Positions 1 to 9,648 of a stretch of 64,000 nucleotides of DNA are shown piece by piece. Position 1 is the stretch's first letter. Every line of letters starts with the position of its first letter. Origin of the DNA: Myxococcales bacterium (GTDB taxonomy: Bacteria > Myxococcota_A > Polyangia > Polyangiales > DASUME01); contig JASGJH010000001.1 of NCBI GenBank assembly GCA_047601445.1, forward strand, positions 8,832,001 through 8,896,000, in the 5' to 3' direction. Both the position numbers and the translations under genes were made by a program. Under the pieces are notes generated by a model. The model saw only the letters and a list, made by a program, of their open reading frames with translations. It was not told the DNA's origin and ran no database searches.

Positions 1-124
1 GCGTCGCACGGCGTGCATACCATCGGGCGCTATGGTGGTTGGACCTATTGTTCCATCGAAGATAACGTGATCGAGGCGCGCGCTCTCGCACCGAGCTTGT
101 GATCTCGGCGCGCACCGCGCTTGC

Positions 125-910
125 TCAACCCGACGAACGCGAGGCCTGCAGCAGCGCAGGCGTGTTGAGTCGGAAGCGCCCCGCGTGCTCCAGCGCGCGG
201 CGCACGCGATCGGGCGCCGTGCGGCCCTTGGCGCGCATGCCTGCCATGTGCAGCATGCCCGCATGCACCTGAGCCACGGTTTGGTTCAAATCGATGGGCT
301 GATTCGAGGGGGATCGCGCACCTTCGCTGACGAGCCGCGACCCGAGAACGGCGGCCTCTCGGGCCAATACCTGGACCTCTTGCGGGCCGTCTTTGAGCCA
401 CTCGCCGAGTCTGATGTCCCGCATCAGGCCCAGCGCGTTCACGCTCAGGATGAAGGCATATTTGTCGACGATGGCCTGCTCCAGCGCCGCCATGTCGGGT
501 AGCCGATCGACCGCGAAGCCCAGGCTTTCGTGCAGGGCCTGCGCGAGTTCTGCGAACTGTCCATAAACGGGGGTGCTGCGGGCCACCAGGAGCGGCTCAC
601 CTTTCTTCTTCAGCAGCCACGGCACCATCACCGTCGCGCGCTCTGAAAAGCGCTGCCATAGCGAGGGAAAGAGCTCGTTCTGCAGCAAGATGATCGAGTC
701 GAGGCGCGGCTTCGGTAAGCTCTCGAGCGCAGGCTCGAGGTCTGCTTCGCCGACGGCTACGAGCAGTGGCGTATCCAGTGGGATCCCCTGCAGTGCGACC
801 TCTGGACGTGCGGCGCGCGTAACGGGGATGACACGCATGCCGCGCTTGAGGGCCGCGGTCGCGTAGAGTTGTCCGAGCTCGCCGATTCCCATCACGATCA
901 AATCGTGCAT
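125..910 (-). CDS. Rossmann-like protein (ketopantoate-reductase-like N-terminus), function unknown
   Basis: Starts MHDLIVMGIGELG (GxGxxG dinucleotide-binding motif). Start re-placed at ATG 910, 6 nt downstream of a TACAAT -10 box. Confidence 0.6.
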   Translation of the reverse strand: MHDLIVMGIGELGQLYATAALKRGMRVIPVTRAARPEVALQGIPLDTPLLVAVGEADLEPALESLPKPRLDSIILLQNELFPSLWQRFSERATVMVPWLLKKKGEPLLVARSTPVYGQFAELAQALHESLGFAVDRLPDMAALEQAIVDKYAFILSVNALGLMRDIRLGEWLKDGPQEVQVLAREAAVLGSRLVSEGARSPSNQPIDLNQTVAQVHAGMLHMAGMRAKGRTAPDRVRRALEHAGRFRLNTPALLQASRSSG

Positions 911-1011
911 GTCGAGATTGTATCCAACGCCGACAAACCTGCAGCTCATGAGCCAGCGATAGGACGAAGTTGCGGCACACTGAGAAAGCGCTGCTACAGT
1001 CTGCGTAAGCC

Positions 1012-1653
1012 GTGATGACCCCTGACGATCACGACGAGCACCGAGCTGTGTTGTCCACAACCGGCGCGGTCGACGCCAAACGTTTGGCGGCGTTTCATCG
1101 CGGGCCCGAGGTGGCCCTGATGAGGCGCGTCGCTGCGGGCGTGCCCGAGGCCCAAGAGGAGCTGGCCGAGCGGTTGGTCATGCGCGTGCGGCGCGGTGCC
1201 CATGCGCTGATGCGCGGCTCCGCAGACGCCGACGACTCGGCCCAGTTGGCGCTCGTGGAGATCCTGCGGAGTGCCCACGATTATTCAGGAAAGTACACAG
1301 TCGAGCGCTGGGCCGATCGGATCGTGGGGCGCAGTGTGATCCGGTTCTCACGGGCCGTTCGGCGGCGCGCGGGGGCCTTCTCCACCATCAGCGTCGACGA
1401 TGAGTCCACGCTCGAGCGCTCGGATCGTCCGCCGCGCAACCTGGACGAGTGCCTGGGACGCTTGTCGGTGGCTGCTCGCGAAGCACTGCTCTTGCGACAC
1501 GCCTTTGGTCAATCGGTCGAAGAGATCGCCGAGTTGACCCAGGTCTCTCCCGACACCGTGCGCGACCGCTTGTTGCTCGCGCGCAAGGAATTTCGCCGCA
1601 TGGTCCTGGCCCGCCCGCGCGACGCCGCGCACGGCAAGGGAGACGTGTCATGA
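1012..1653 (+). CDS. ECF RNA polymerase sigma factor
   Basis: Region 2-like DADDSAQLALVEI...W and region 4 REALLLRHAFGQSVEEIAELTQVSPDTVRDRLLLAR. Confidence 0.85.
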   Translation: MMTPDDHDEHRAVLSTTGAVDAKRLAAFHRGPEVALMRRVAAGVPEAQEELAERLVMRVRRGAHALMRGSADADDSAQLALVEILRSAHDYSGKYTVERWADRIVGRSVIRFSRAVRRRAGAFSTISVDDESTLERSDRPPRNLDECLGRLSVAAREALLLRHAFGQSVEEIAELTQVSPDTVRDRLLLARKEFRRMVLARPRDAAHGKGDVS

Positions 1654-3128
1654 GCACGCTGACCGAACGCTGGGCGAGCCTGAGGGACCGCGAGGCGCTA
1701 GGTGACGTGCTGAGCCCGAGCGAACTCGCTGACGCAGGACGCATCGAGAGCCTGGATCCAGACGTGCAGACCTACGTGCACCAGATGCGCGAGCTCGAGA
1801 CCTATCTGGAGGGCAAGCGTGGTGAACACGCCACCGCGCCCGATCACCAGCTCGTGCTGCGCGCGCTCTCGGCCGTGCAGCTGGATGCGCCGAGCCCACG
1901 CGTGCGGGCCATCGATCACGATCGGGAGCTCGCGCGCGCCGCCGATCCAGAAGGGCCGGGTTGGATTCGTCTGCTGGCCACCGCGTTGAGTGTCGGGATG
2001 ACCGTGGCCGCGGCGCTCGCGCTCGTGCTCTACGAACCGCGTTCGGTACGACGCGCGGACACTGGGGCGAAGGCGCCAACGCCGGCGCAGACTGGCTCCG
2101 CGCCGGCAACGGCTCTTTCACCCAAGGTGGAGGCGCTGTTGCAGGTGCGCACGTCAGAACGTGGCGCGCGTTTGCGGCGTTCAGGTGAGGTGCTGGCCCC
2201 CGCAACGCTGCTCGGCCAGTCGGACAGCGTCAGCAGCGGCGACAAGGCTGGATGCTTCGTGGTCGAAGGTGAGCTCGAGTTCTGCCTCGCCGCAGGCTCC
2301 AGTGTGACGCTCAAGGTCTTGGCAGAGAACAACTTGGCGCTCGAGCTCGAGCGCGGGCATCTCTCCCTGCATGGACCGAGCAAGCGTGGCATTCGGCGTG
2401 TGACGGTGGATGCGCACGAGGTTCGCGTGGTCGCTGAATCCCCGGTCACGTTTGGCCTCGATCTCGGGGAGCCCGCAGCCCAGCTGGTCCGCGCGCGGGT
2501 CCTGCGCGGGCGCGTGAGGATGGTGGCCGCGGCCCAGAGCCTGGATGTGCCCGAGCTCAAGTCCGCAGTGTACCGCCGCGATGGACGTGTGCTCGATGTG
2601 GTCGACCTGTTGCCAGGGCCGGCGCAGCACGAATGGGATCTCGTGGGCACGGGCCGCCTGGGGGCGATGGTCGCGAGCATGATGTCGGGCGCGGGTGACC
2701 GTGCGCGCGGCGAGTCCGTGGCCATGCAAGAGCCGGTCGCCGAGCTCGAGCGCGCGCCGCGCGAGCTCATGCAGGACGCCTGGGAGTTGCTCAAGGAGGA
2801 GCGCTGGCAGGAGGCCGCCAACGTCTATCAGCGCATCGCGCGCGAGGCGCCTCACAGCGAGGAGTCCCATATCGTGCTCGTGCGTTTGGGCGACCTGCTC
2901 CTCGAGCGTCTCGCGGATCCGGTGCACGCGCTCTCGGCCTTCGATCGCTATTTGAGCGAGGGTGGGGGACCGTTGGCGGCCGAGGCGCGCCACGGGCGTA
3001 TCGCCGTATTTCGGCGCCTGGGACGCGTGGATGACGAGCGCGCCGCCATCGAAGAGTTCCTGCGCTTTCACGAGAAGAGCACCGAAGCTCCCCAGCTGCA
3101 GGCGCGCCTCAGGGTGCTCGCTCCCTAG
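1650..3128 (+). CDS. Putative anti-sigma factor: TM helix, FecR-like domain, C-terminal TPR
   Basis: ATGA overlap with the sigma gene stop; TM LSVGMTVAAALALVLY; FecR-like LELERGHL...VLRGRV; TPR-like helical C-terminus. Confidence 0.75.
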   Translation: MSTLTERWASLRDREALGDVLSPSELADAGRIESLDPDVQTYVHQMRELETYLEGKRGEHATAPDHQLVLRALSAVQLDAPSPRVRAIDHDRELARAADPEGPGWIRLLATALSVGMTVAAALALVLYEPRSVRRADTGAKAPTPAQTGSAPATALSPKVEALLQVRTSERGARLRRSGEVLAPATLLGQSDSVSSGDKAGCFVVEGELEFCLAAGSSVTLKVLAENNLALELERGHLSLHGPSKRGIRRVTVDAHEVRVVAESPVTFGLDLGEPAAQLVRARVLRGRVRMVAAAQSLDVPELKSAVYRRDGRVLDVVDLLPGPAQHEWDLVGTGRLGAMVASMMSGAGDRARGESVAMQEPVAELERAPRELMQDAWELLKEERWQEAANVYQRIAREAPHSEESHIVLVRLGDLLLERLADPVHALSAFDRYLSEGGGPLAAEARHGRIAVFRRLGRVDDERAAIEEFLRFHEKSTEAPQLQARLRVLAP

Positions 3129-3131
3129 TCC

Positions 3132-3665
3132 TTGAGCGGCTTGCTCCGATACGAGCGCGATGCTCTGCTCTTCGGCGTGGCACGCAGAGCACTTTTCGAT
3201 CGCTTACCGCGGGGAGCTCTCCCCATCCTGAAGGAAGTCGCGCGTCACTTGTTGCGGCGCCCCGTGGTGGGCATCGCCGCAGTCGCGCGTCGGCACGATG
3301 GACACATCCTGTTGGTGAAGCGGGGTGACACCGGCACCTGGGGATTGCCCGGCGGCACCATGGAGTGGGGCGAACCGGCGCGCACGAGTCTGACGCGCGA
3401 GCTGCGGGAGGAGGCAGGGGCCACCGTGCTCCGCACCGGTCGTCTGGTGGGGGTCTTTACGGCGCCGGAGCGGGACGACCGCATGCACGGCGTCACCATC
3501 GTGGTCGAAGCGGAGGTTGCCCCCGAGCTGAGTGGTCCCGAGAACCCCATCGAGATTCACGAAGCCAGGTTCTTCCCGCCCGACGCCTTGCCGCATCCCC
3601 TGGCGTTCACGGGCGACGACATGGTGAAGCAGGCGCTCGCGGGAGGCCCTGCCTACTGGGAATGA
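3132..3665 (+). CDS. NUDIX hydrolase
   Basis: Nudix box GGTMEWGEPARTSLTRELREEAG. Confidence 0.9.
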   Translation: MSGLLRYERDALLFGVARRALFDRLPRGALPILKEVARHLLRRPVVGIAAVARRHDGHILLVKRGDTGTWGLPGGTMEWGEPARTSLTRELREEAGATVLRTGRLVGVFTAPERDDRMHGVTIVVEAEVAPELSGPENPIEIHEARFFPPDALPHPLAFTGDDMVKQALAGGPAYWE

Positions 3666-3679
3666 AGGAGGGGCTGTCG

Positions 3680-4414
3680 ATGCGCATCGGATCACGTTTC
3701 TGCGGGCCGCCCGCGAGTGGCAATGGGGGCTACACGGCGGGTTGCGTGGCGCGCCTGATCCAGGGCCCCGCCGAGGTCACGTTGCGTGCTCCGCCGCCGC
3801 TCGACACGGAGCTCACGCTCGAGTCGCGCGACGGCGGCGCGGTGTTGCTGGGGCCCGATGGAGGTCTCATCGCGGAGGGCAAGCCCACGACGTTGGAGCT
3901 CGTGCTGCCGGCCAGCGTCGGTTGGGACGAAGCGCGAGCTGCCACCGCGCACTACGTGGGCTTTCGCGAGCATCCCTATCCGGGTTGCTTCGTGTGCGGC
4001 CCACGACGTCCTGCGGGTATCGCTCCCGGCCTGGGCTTGTACCCCGGGGCAGTCCGCAGCCCGTCGGGGCAAGCCGTGGTCGCCGCGCCGTTTCGACCGC
4101 CAGCCGATCTGGCGGACGACCAGGGCCTGCTGAAGCCCGAGTTCGTGTGGGCCGCGCTCGATTGCCCGTCGTGGTTCGGCCACGCGGCGTACCTCGAGCA
4201 CGTACCCAAGATCCTGCTGGGGCGCCTGGCCGTCCACATCGCCCGGCGCCCTCGGGCAGAGGGCGCGAGCGCGGTCGGGGAGGCATGCGTCGTGATGGGT
4301 TGGAGCCTCGGTCAGGAGGGGCGCCGTATTACATGCGCCTCAGCGCTATATGACGAGCGGGGCGACTGCCTGGCCTGGGGCAAGGCGGTCTGGGTCGAGC
4401 TCAAATCCGCGTGA
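3680..4414 (+). CDS. Double hotdog-fold (thioesterase-like) protein
   Basis: RFCGPPASGNGGY, CFVCG and VWAALDCP motifs; GGAGG RBS before ATG 3680. Confidence 0.65.
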   Translation: MRIGSRFCGPPASGNGGYTAGCVARLIQGPAEVTLRAPPPLDTELTLESRDGGAVLLGPDGGLIAEGKPTTLELVLPASVGWDEARAATAHYVGFREHPYPGCFVCGPRRPAGIAPGLGLYPGAVRSPSGQAVVAAPFRPPADLADDQGLLKPEFVWAALDCPSWFGHAAYLEHVPKILLGRLAVHIARRPRAEGASAVGEACVVMGWSLGQEGRRITCASALYDERGDCLAWGKAVWVELKSA

Positions 4415-4607
4415 AGGCTTCGAAGCGGGTCTCGCTGGGGCGAGAGGGGCGCGGGGCCCTTCCACCCGGGTTCCGCCGGCGCTCGATCCAGTCGCGGGTA
4501 GCATCCCTAAGTGCGGTGAACAGCTGAGGAATCATCCAGAACGCCAGGAAGGCGAACAGGCACAGGGTGTAAGCGTAGAACAGGGCGAAGTCCAAGTTGA
4601 ACGTCAT
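4401..4607 (-). CDS. Small (68 aa) single-pass membrane protein
   Basis: AAGGAG RBS upstream; hydrophobic N-terminus FALFYAYTLCLFAFLAFWMI followed by a basic tail. Confidence 0.55.
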   Translation of the reverse strand: MTFNLDFALFYAYTLCLFAFLAFWMIPQLFTALRDATRDWIERRRNPGGRAPRPSRPSETRFEAFTRI

Positions 4608-4911
4608 GGGGACTCTCCTTTACGCGACGCAATGCGTCATTGGGGGGTACAGGAACGCGCTCACGGCAACCGCAGCAGACACAGGGAGTGATGACTCGTT
4701 GGGGACCTGGGCTAGGGCTACGTCAGCGAACTGATTACGATGTAATACCGGCTTGAGACAGGCGCAAGCCCCTGTAGGGAAAAAGTTCATCGTCGGTGTG
4801 GAGATTCACCGAGGCTGCACCGAAGGCACGGCGCCGCATGCCGGGCGCGACGATGAGCTCAGGGCTCGGTTCGTGCGGGCGTCGACGCGAGGAGGGGGGC
4901 CGCGCGGGGAG

Positions 4912-5784
4912 TCAGATGGACTCGATGCGCACGGCAGCGCCGAACGAGCGGGCGGCGTAGCCGAGGAATGTGTACCGGCACCGGGTTTCCTCGACGAACT
5001 CGAAGAACGCCTTGTACTCGTGTTCCTCGTAGCTCGGGTAGTTGAAGAACTCGTCGAAGAGAATCACCGAGCCCTTCACGAGACGTGGTCGCAACGCGTT
5101 CAAGACGAACTTGGCCGAGGAGTACAGGTCGCTGTCGATGTGGACGAAGGCGGCGGGGGCCGCGACCTGATCGAGAAAAGGCAGCAGAGTCTGGTCGAAC
5201 CAGCCGACGTGCAGCCGAACGTTCTCGCCTACTTGAGGCAGGGCGCCCGCCGTGGAGAACGCGCCCTTGCCACAGTCGCGCCAGCTCTCGGGGAGTCCTT
5301 CGAAGGAGTCGAAGCCGTGTACCTCGCGATCGGGTACGAGGGAGGAAATGATGTTGATGGTGCCGCCGTGATAGACGCCGAACTCTGCGAAAAAGCCGTC
5401 CAACGCGCGGGCCTCTTCGACACAGCGCTTCAGCAGTTCCACCGGAGTCGCATAGGCAGGTGCGTCCGGGCAGTGACGTAGCGCGAACTCCGCGGACGCA
5501 CGGGTGGCGAGCTCGTACTTGGTGCGCTCGATGTCTCCGACGCGAAGCGCCGCGTAGTCATTGGCGTGAGCGTCGTCGTAAGGACGCACGTTCGCTGCGT
5601 GCCAGAGCTTGCGCTGCATATCGGGTGACGAAAGGACTCGATGCACTTCGCCCGTGACGTCGGGGGAGGGCACGGCCTTGCGAACCACATCGGCGATGGC
5701 GCCCTGGACCTTGGGGTGCTTGAGGACCTTGACGGCGAGCTTGGTGAGGCGTCGCTCGATGAAGCTGGACATTCTTGCGACCAT
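4912..5784 (-). CDS. TylF/MycF-family class I SAM-dependent O-methyltransferase
   Basis: EFGVYHGG, GFDSFEGLPE, HIDSDLYSS and FDEFFNYP motifs. Confidence 0.85.
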   Translation of the reverse strand: MVARMSSFIERRLTKLAVKVLKHPKVQGAIADVVRKAVPSPDVTGEVHRVLSSPDMQRKLWHAANVRPYDDAHANDYAALRVGDIERTKYELATRASAEFALRHCPDAPAYATPVELLKRCVEEARALDGFFAEFGVYHGGTINIISSLVPDREVHGFDSFEGLPESWRDCGKGAFSTAGALPQVGENVRLHVGWFDQTLLPFLDQVAAPAAFVHIDSDLYSSAKFVLNALRPRLVKGSVILFDEFFNYPSYEEHEYKAFFEFVEETRCRYTFLGYAARSFGAAVRIESI

Positions 5785-5918
5785 TGCGGCGAGCGGGAAC
5801 GTCGGCTTCGGGCGCAGCTATTCCTGTAGGTCCGGGTTAAGGGCGCACCATCTGAAGGTCGGCAGTCACATGCGCGGCCAAGGTGCACCAGGCCGCCGGA
5901 CGACCTGCGCGTGGGAGC

Positions 5919-7826
5919 TCAAGGAGCGCTGGGAGCAGGCGTGGGGGCGACTGGAGCAACCGGGGGCACAGGCGTGGGGGCGACTGGGGCAACCGGGGGC
6001 ACTGGTGCAGGCGCAGACGGAGGCTCGGGCGCTGCCGTGACCGGAGGCGCAGGCGGGGCGGGGGCTGCGGGCGCGGGCTCTGAGGGCGCGGGCTCAGCAG
6101 GCGTGGGCGTAGTCGCGGGCGGCGTCGATGGGTCGCTGGGCGTCGGCACGGCCGCGGGCGCCGCGTCCGTGGGTGCGGCTGCGGGAGTCTCGCTAGCCGG
6201 CGCTGGCGGCGCGGCGGGAGCAGCTGGAGCGGCAGCTTCGGGCGCAGCGGGCACCACCGGTGCGGGCTCAGCTTGCGCTGCGGGCTGGGGCAACGTGCTC
6301 ATCGCCGGCGCGGATGCGGGCGCGCGCGCTTGCATCTCATCGAACTTCCAACGCAAACCCAGACCGATGAAGTTCGCCTCCATCACGTACTTGCCGTTGC
6401 CGATGGCGGGACGATCGCCGGGCGCGTAGTGATGCGGGTCATTGTCCTGGGGCAACGGCTTGATGGCAGCGGGCAAGAGGACCGCGCTGTTGTTCACGTT
6501 GCGGTTCTGCATGAACATGTGCCCGTAGCTGGCATCGAGGAAGACGCGCGAGGAGATCTCCACGCTCGCACCAAGGCTCAGCAGAAACTTCTGCGTGTCC
6601 AGCGCGGCCGGGCTCAGGTTGCGGTCGGAGAACGCACTCGACTCGTACATCAAGCCGGCCAACACCTTGGCGCCGCGTCCACGCCACTTCTTCTTGACGT
6701 CGTAGCTGCCGCCCACCGCGATGGCCCAGGTGTCGCGCATGTTGCGCGCCAGCGAGACGCTCTGGGCTTTCACGTCGCCAATGCTCGGTACATCGTGGGC
6801 GACGACGTCCTTGGGCGTGACGCGGATGGACTGTTGCTGCGCCCAGTGTTCCCAGGTGCCAGCCACCTCCACGCGCGCTTCCTTGAGCGGCCTGAACTCG
6901 GCGCCGAGGCGCACGATGGTGGGCAGCACCACGGACATGTCCGCCTTGAGATCTTTGCTGCCCTTCGGGCCCTGTAGCTGGACGTTATCGAAGATCGCTT
7001 GGTCGGGCAGCCTGATGTCGAACTGGGCTTCTCCCGAGACCTTGGTGCGCAGCTGGACCGACGCGCCGAGGCGTACGTGATCGAGGTCGAGGTTGGCGCC
7101 GAGCACGGCGGTGGCCGTGTACACCGGCCCTAGCAGGAACTTGGTGCGACCTTCCCACTCCTTGGCTTCGGGCTGCTGGCAGAACGCGTAGTCACAGGCG
7201 CTGACCGCCACCTCGCCGCCGAGCTGCGCGGCTGTCAGGTAGAGCGCGCCGCCGAACGAGAGCCGGTCGGTGGCTTGATAGGCGGCGCCGAGCGCGAGCG
7301 AGCCGATGAAGGAGCCATTACCGTTGAGCACGGAGTAGCGCTGAGGAGCGCGATCTCCGTTGGGGAGCTGAGAGGGCCAGCTGGACGCATAGGCCGGGGG
7401 AATGATGAGGCCCACGCCGAAGCCGAGCTTCTTGAACCCGAGGTTGTCGCTGAAGGCGATGGTCGGGATGGGCACGGGCAACGAGTTGCCGTTCACGGTG
7501 GGCTCGTAGGTGCCGTTGTCGAGCTTGCGAGTGAACTCCGTCTGCACCATCGGGAGCACGAAATCCACGAGCAGCTGCCGCTTGCTCTCGACGAGTCCTG
7601 CGGGGTTGTACCAGAGCGCTTGCGGGTTGCGTGAACCCGCCACCGTGGCACCGCCTTGGGCGGCCGACTCGGCACCGCGCGGGAAAAGGTAGAGGCCGCC
7701 GGCATGGGCCTTTCGTGGAAGGCCGCCTAAAAGCAGAACGAGCGCTGCGAGGAGAACCACGCGCGCTCCGGTCGCGCGCCACTGCCATGCCAAGAAAGCC
7801 GTCACAAAACCTCGGGTGCCCGGCAC
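5919..7826 (-). CDS. FadL/OmpP1-family outer-membrane transporter with Pro/Ala-rich C-terminal tail (start uncertain)
   Basis: Signal peptide ending AHA|GG; hatch motif ALWYNPAGL; amphipathic beta strands; barrel ends GLGLRWKF, followed by a ~140-aa PA-rich tail. Confidence 0.8.
   Translation of the reverse strand: MPGTRGFVTAFLAWQWRATGARVVLLAALVLLLGGLPRKAHAGGLYLFPRGAESAAQGGATVAGSRNPQALWYNPAGLVESKRQLLVDFVLPMVQTEFTRKLDNGTYEPTVNGNSLPVPIPTIAFSDNLGFKKLGFGVGLIIPPAYASSWPSQLPNGDRAPQRYSVLNGNGSFIGSLALGAAYQATDRLSFGGALYLTAAQLGGEVAVSACDYAFCQQPEAKEWEGRTKFLLGPVYTATAVLGANLDLDHVRLGASVQLRTKVSGEAQFDIRLPDQAIFDNVQLQGPKGSKDLKADMSVVLPTIVRLGAEFRPLKEARVEVAGTWEHWAQQQSIRVTPKDVVAHDVPSIGDVKAQSVSLARNMRDTWAIAVGGSYDVKKKWRGRGAKVLAGLMYESSAFSDRNLSPAALDTQKFLLSLGASVEISSRVFLDASYGHMFMQNRNVNNSAVLLPAAIKPLPQDNDPHHYAPGDRPAIGNGKYVMEANFIGLGLRWKFDEMQARAPASAPAMSTLPQPAAQAEPAPVVPAAPEAAAPAAPAAPPAPASETPAAAPTDAAPAAVPTPSDPSTPPATTPTPAEPAPSEPAPAAPAPPAPPVTAAPEPPSAPAPVPPVAPVAPTPVPPVAPVAPTPAPSAP
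5936..6001. repeat. 33-bp tandem duplication (2 copies, 1 mismatch) within the PA-rich tail
   Basis: CAGGCGTGGGGGCGACTGGRGCAACCGGGGGCA at 5936-5968 and 5969-6001. Confidence 0.85.
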
Positions 7827-7843
7827 TTTATGTGCAAAACGCA

Positions 7844-7898
7844 GCGATTGGAAGCCGGCGATTGGAAGCTGGCGCTTGGAAGCGGGCCATGGGAAGCG
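7844..7898. repeat. Degenerate 14-bp tandem repeat (about 4 copies), intergenic
   Basis: GCGATTGGAAGCCG / GCGATTGGAAGCTG / GCGCTTGGAAGCGG / GCCATGGGAAGCG. Confidence 0.75.
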
Positions 7899-8013
7899 GC
7901 GTGGGAGCGCAGGAGCATCGCGCGAGGTGGTTGCTGGACGGCGATCCGGGGTGACCGCGCTGTCGTCGTGGGCGCAACGGCTCCCCGGGATAGCCTGAGG
8001 CTAGACTCTCGAG

Positions 8014-9549
8014 ATGCGTCTCGCCGAGCTCGCCCAGGTCTCAAGTGCGGTAGCCCAGGCCTCAAAGCGCAGCGAAAAAGTGGCCCTCCTCGCAACTTGC
8101 TTGCGGGCCGAGCCCGCCGGGGACCGCTGCTTGCGCGCGCTGTATCTCGCGGGTCAGCTCCCGCAGGCCAAGCTGGGCGTGGGGCCGGCCCAAATCTTCG
8201 CCCTCGCGAGTGCGCCCGCGGAGAGCCCGAGCCTCGAGCTGACTGAGGTCGACCAATCCTTGACCGAGCTTGCCGCAGCGCGCGGTCCGGGCGTGGGCGA
8301 GCGGCGCACAGGGCTCTTGGGCAGGTTGTGGCAGGCTGCGACCACTGATGAGCAGCGCTTCTTGAGGCATCTCTTGTTGGGCGAGCTGCGTCAGGGGGCA
8401 CTCGAGGCACTGGTGCTGGAGGCGGTCGCGCGAGCCACCGGCGTGTCCATCGACAGTCTGCGGCGGGCGCACATGTTCTCCGGTCAGCTCGCACCGGTGG
8501 TCGAGGCGGCGTTCGACGCAGGGGAGACGGGTCTCGCACGCTTCGGGCTCACGCTGTTTCGTCCGGTGCTGCCCATGCTCGCCGAACCCGCGGAAGATCT
8601 CGGGCAAGCGCTGGCGCAGCTCGGTCGCGCGGTGCTCGAGTTCAAGCTCGACGGAGCGCGCATCCAGGTTCACAAGGCCGAGGGCGAAGTTCGGGTGTAC
8701 TCGCGCAGCGGTCAGGACGTGAGCGCAGCGGTGCCCGAGATCGGCGAGTTCATGCGGACGCTTCCGAGCCGCGAGCTGGTACTCGACGGCGAGGTCATCG
8801 CGCTGCGTGGTGATGGTCGCCCGCTGCCTTTTCAGGAGACCATGCGCCGGTTCGGTCGCAAGCTCGATGTCCCGGAGCTACGCGCGAGCCTGCCATTGAC
8901 GCCATTTTTCTTCGATTGTTTGCGACACGACGGCCAGACCTTGCTCGATGCGTCCACGCTCGAGCGCGGCGACGTGCTGGTCGCGGCGGTGCCGGCGAGC
9001 GCGCGCATGCCACGTCTGGTCACGGATGACTTGGCGCAGGCCGAGGCGTTTCTCGAGAGCGCCTTGAGCGCGGGACACGAGGGCATCATGGCCAAGTCCA
9101 CGAGCGCCCCGTACCTGGCCGGGCGACGCGGGCAGAGCTGGCTGAAGATCAAGTCCGTGCATACCCTCGACTTGGTGGTGCTCGCGGCCGAATGGGGGAG
9201 CGGAAGACGTCGCGGCTTCTTGAGTAATCTGCACCTCGGCGCGCGCGACCCGGAGAGCGGCGGCTTCGTGATGCTCGGCAAGACCTTCAAGGGACTCACC
9301 GACGTCATGCTCGAGAGCCAGACGCGGGAGCTCTTGGCCCGCGAGCTGAGCCGCGACGCTTACACGGTGTACGTCAAGCCGGAGCTCGTGGTGGAGATCG
9401 CCTTCAACGACGTCCAGACCAGCCCGCAGTACCCGGGTGGGGTGGCCCTGCGCTTCGCCCGCGTGAAGCGCTATCGCCCCGACAAGATCGCGGGCGATGC
9501 CGACACCATCGAGCAGGTCCGAGCGCTCCATCACGCCGCACGAAAGTGA
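8014..9549 (+). CDS. lig: ATP-dependent DNA ligase (LigB-like)
   Basis: Motif I EFKLDG, LDGEV, FFFDCL, EGIMAK, WLKIK, OB-fold ALRFARVKRYRPDK. Confidence 0.95.
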   Translation: MRLAELAQVSSAVAQASKRSEKVALLATCLRAEPAGDRCLRALYLAGQLPQAKLGVGPAQIFALASAPAESPSLELTEVDQSLTELAAARGPGVGERRTGLLGRLWQAATTDEQRFLRHLLLGELRQGALEALVLEAVARATGVSIDSLRRAHMFSGQLAPVVEAAFDAGETGLARFGLTLFRPVLPMLAEPAEDLGQALAQLGRAVLEFKLDGARIQVHKAEGEVRVYSRSGQDVSAAVPEIGEFMRTLPSRELVLDGEVIALRGDGRPLPFQETMRRFGRKLDVPELRASLPLTPFFFDCLRHDGQTLLDASTLERGDVLVAAVPASARMPRLVTDDLAQAEAFLESALSAGHEGIMAKSTSAPYLAGRRGQSWLKIKSVHTLDLVVLAAEWGSGRRRGFLSNLHLGARDPESGGFVMLGKTFKGLTDVMLESQTRELLARELSRDAYTVYVKPELVVEIAFNDVQTSPQYPGGVALRFARVKRYRPDKIAGDADTIEQVRALHHAARK

Positions 9550-9648
9550 GCGGCGCGTGGACCCGGACGGTGCGCGTGCCGGACGCGCGCGTCTAGGGAG
9601 CCACGACGCGCTTGGCTCGGGGCCCCGCGGTCCGTACACTGCGCCCCG

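Noticed and set aside
8014..9549. NHEJ system (LigD/Ku) or phage ligase
   Set aside because: No polymerase or phosphoesterase domain, no Ku and no phage genes nearby; it is an ordinary LigB-type enzyme.
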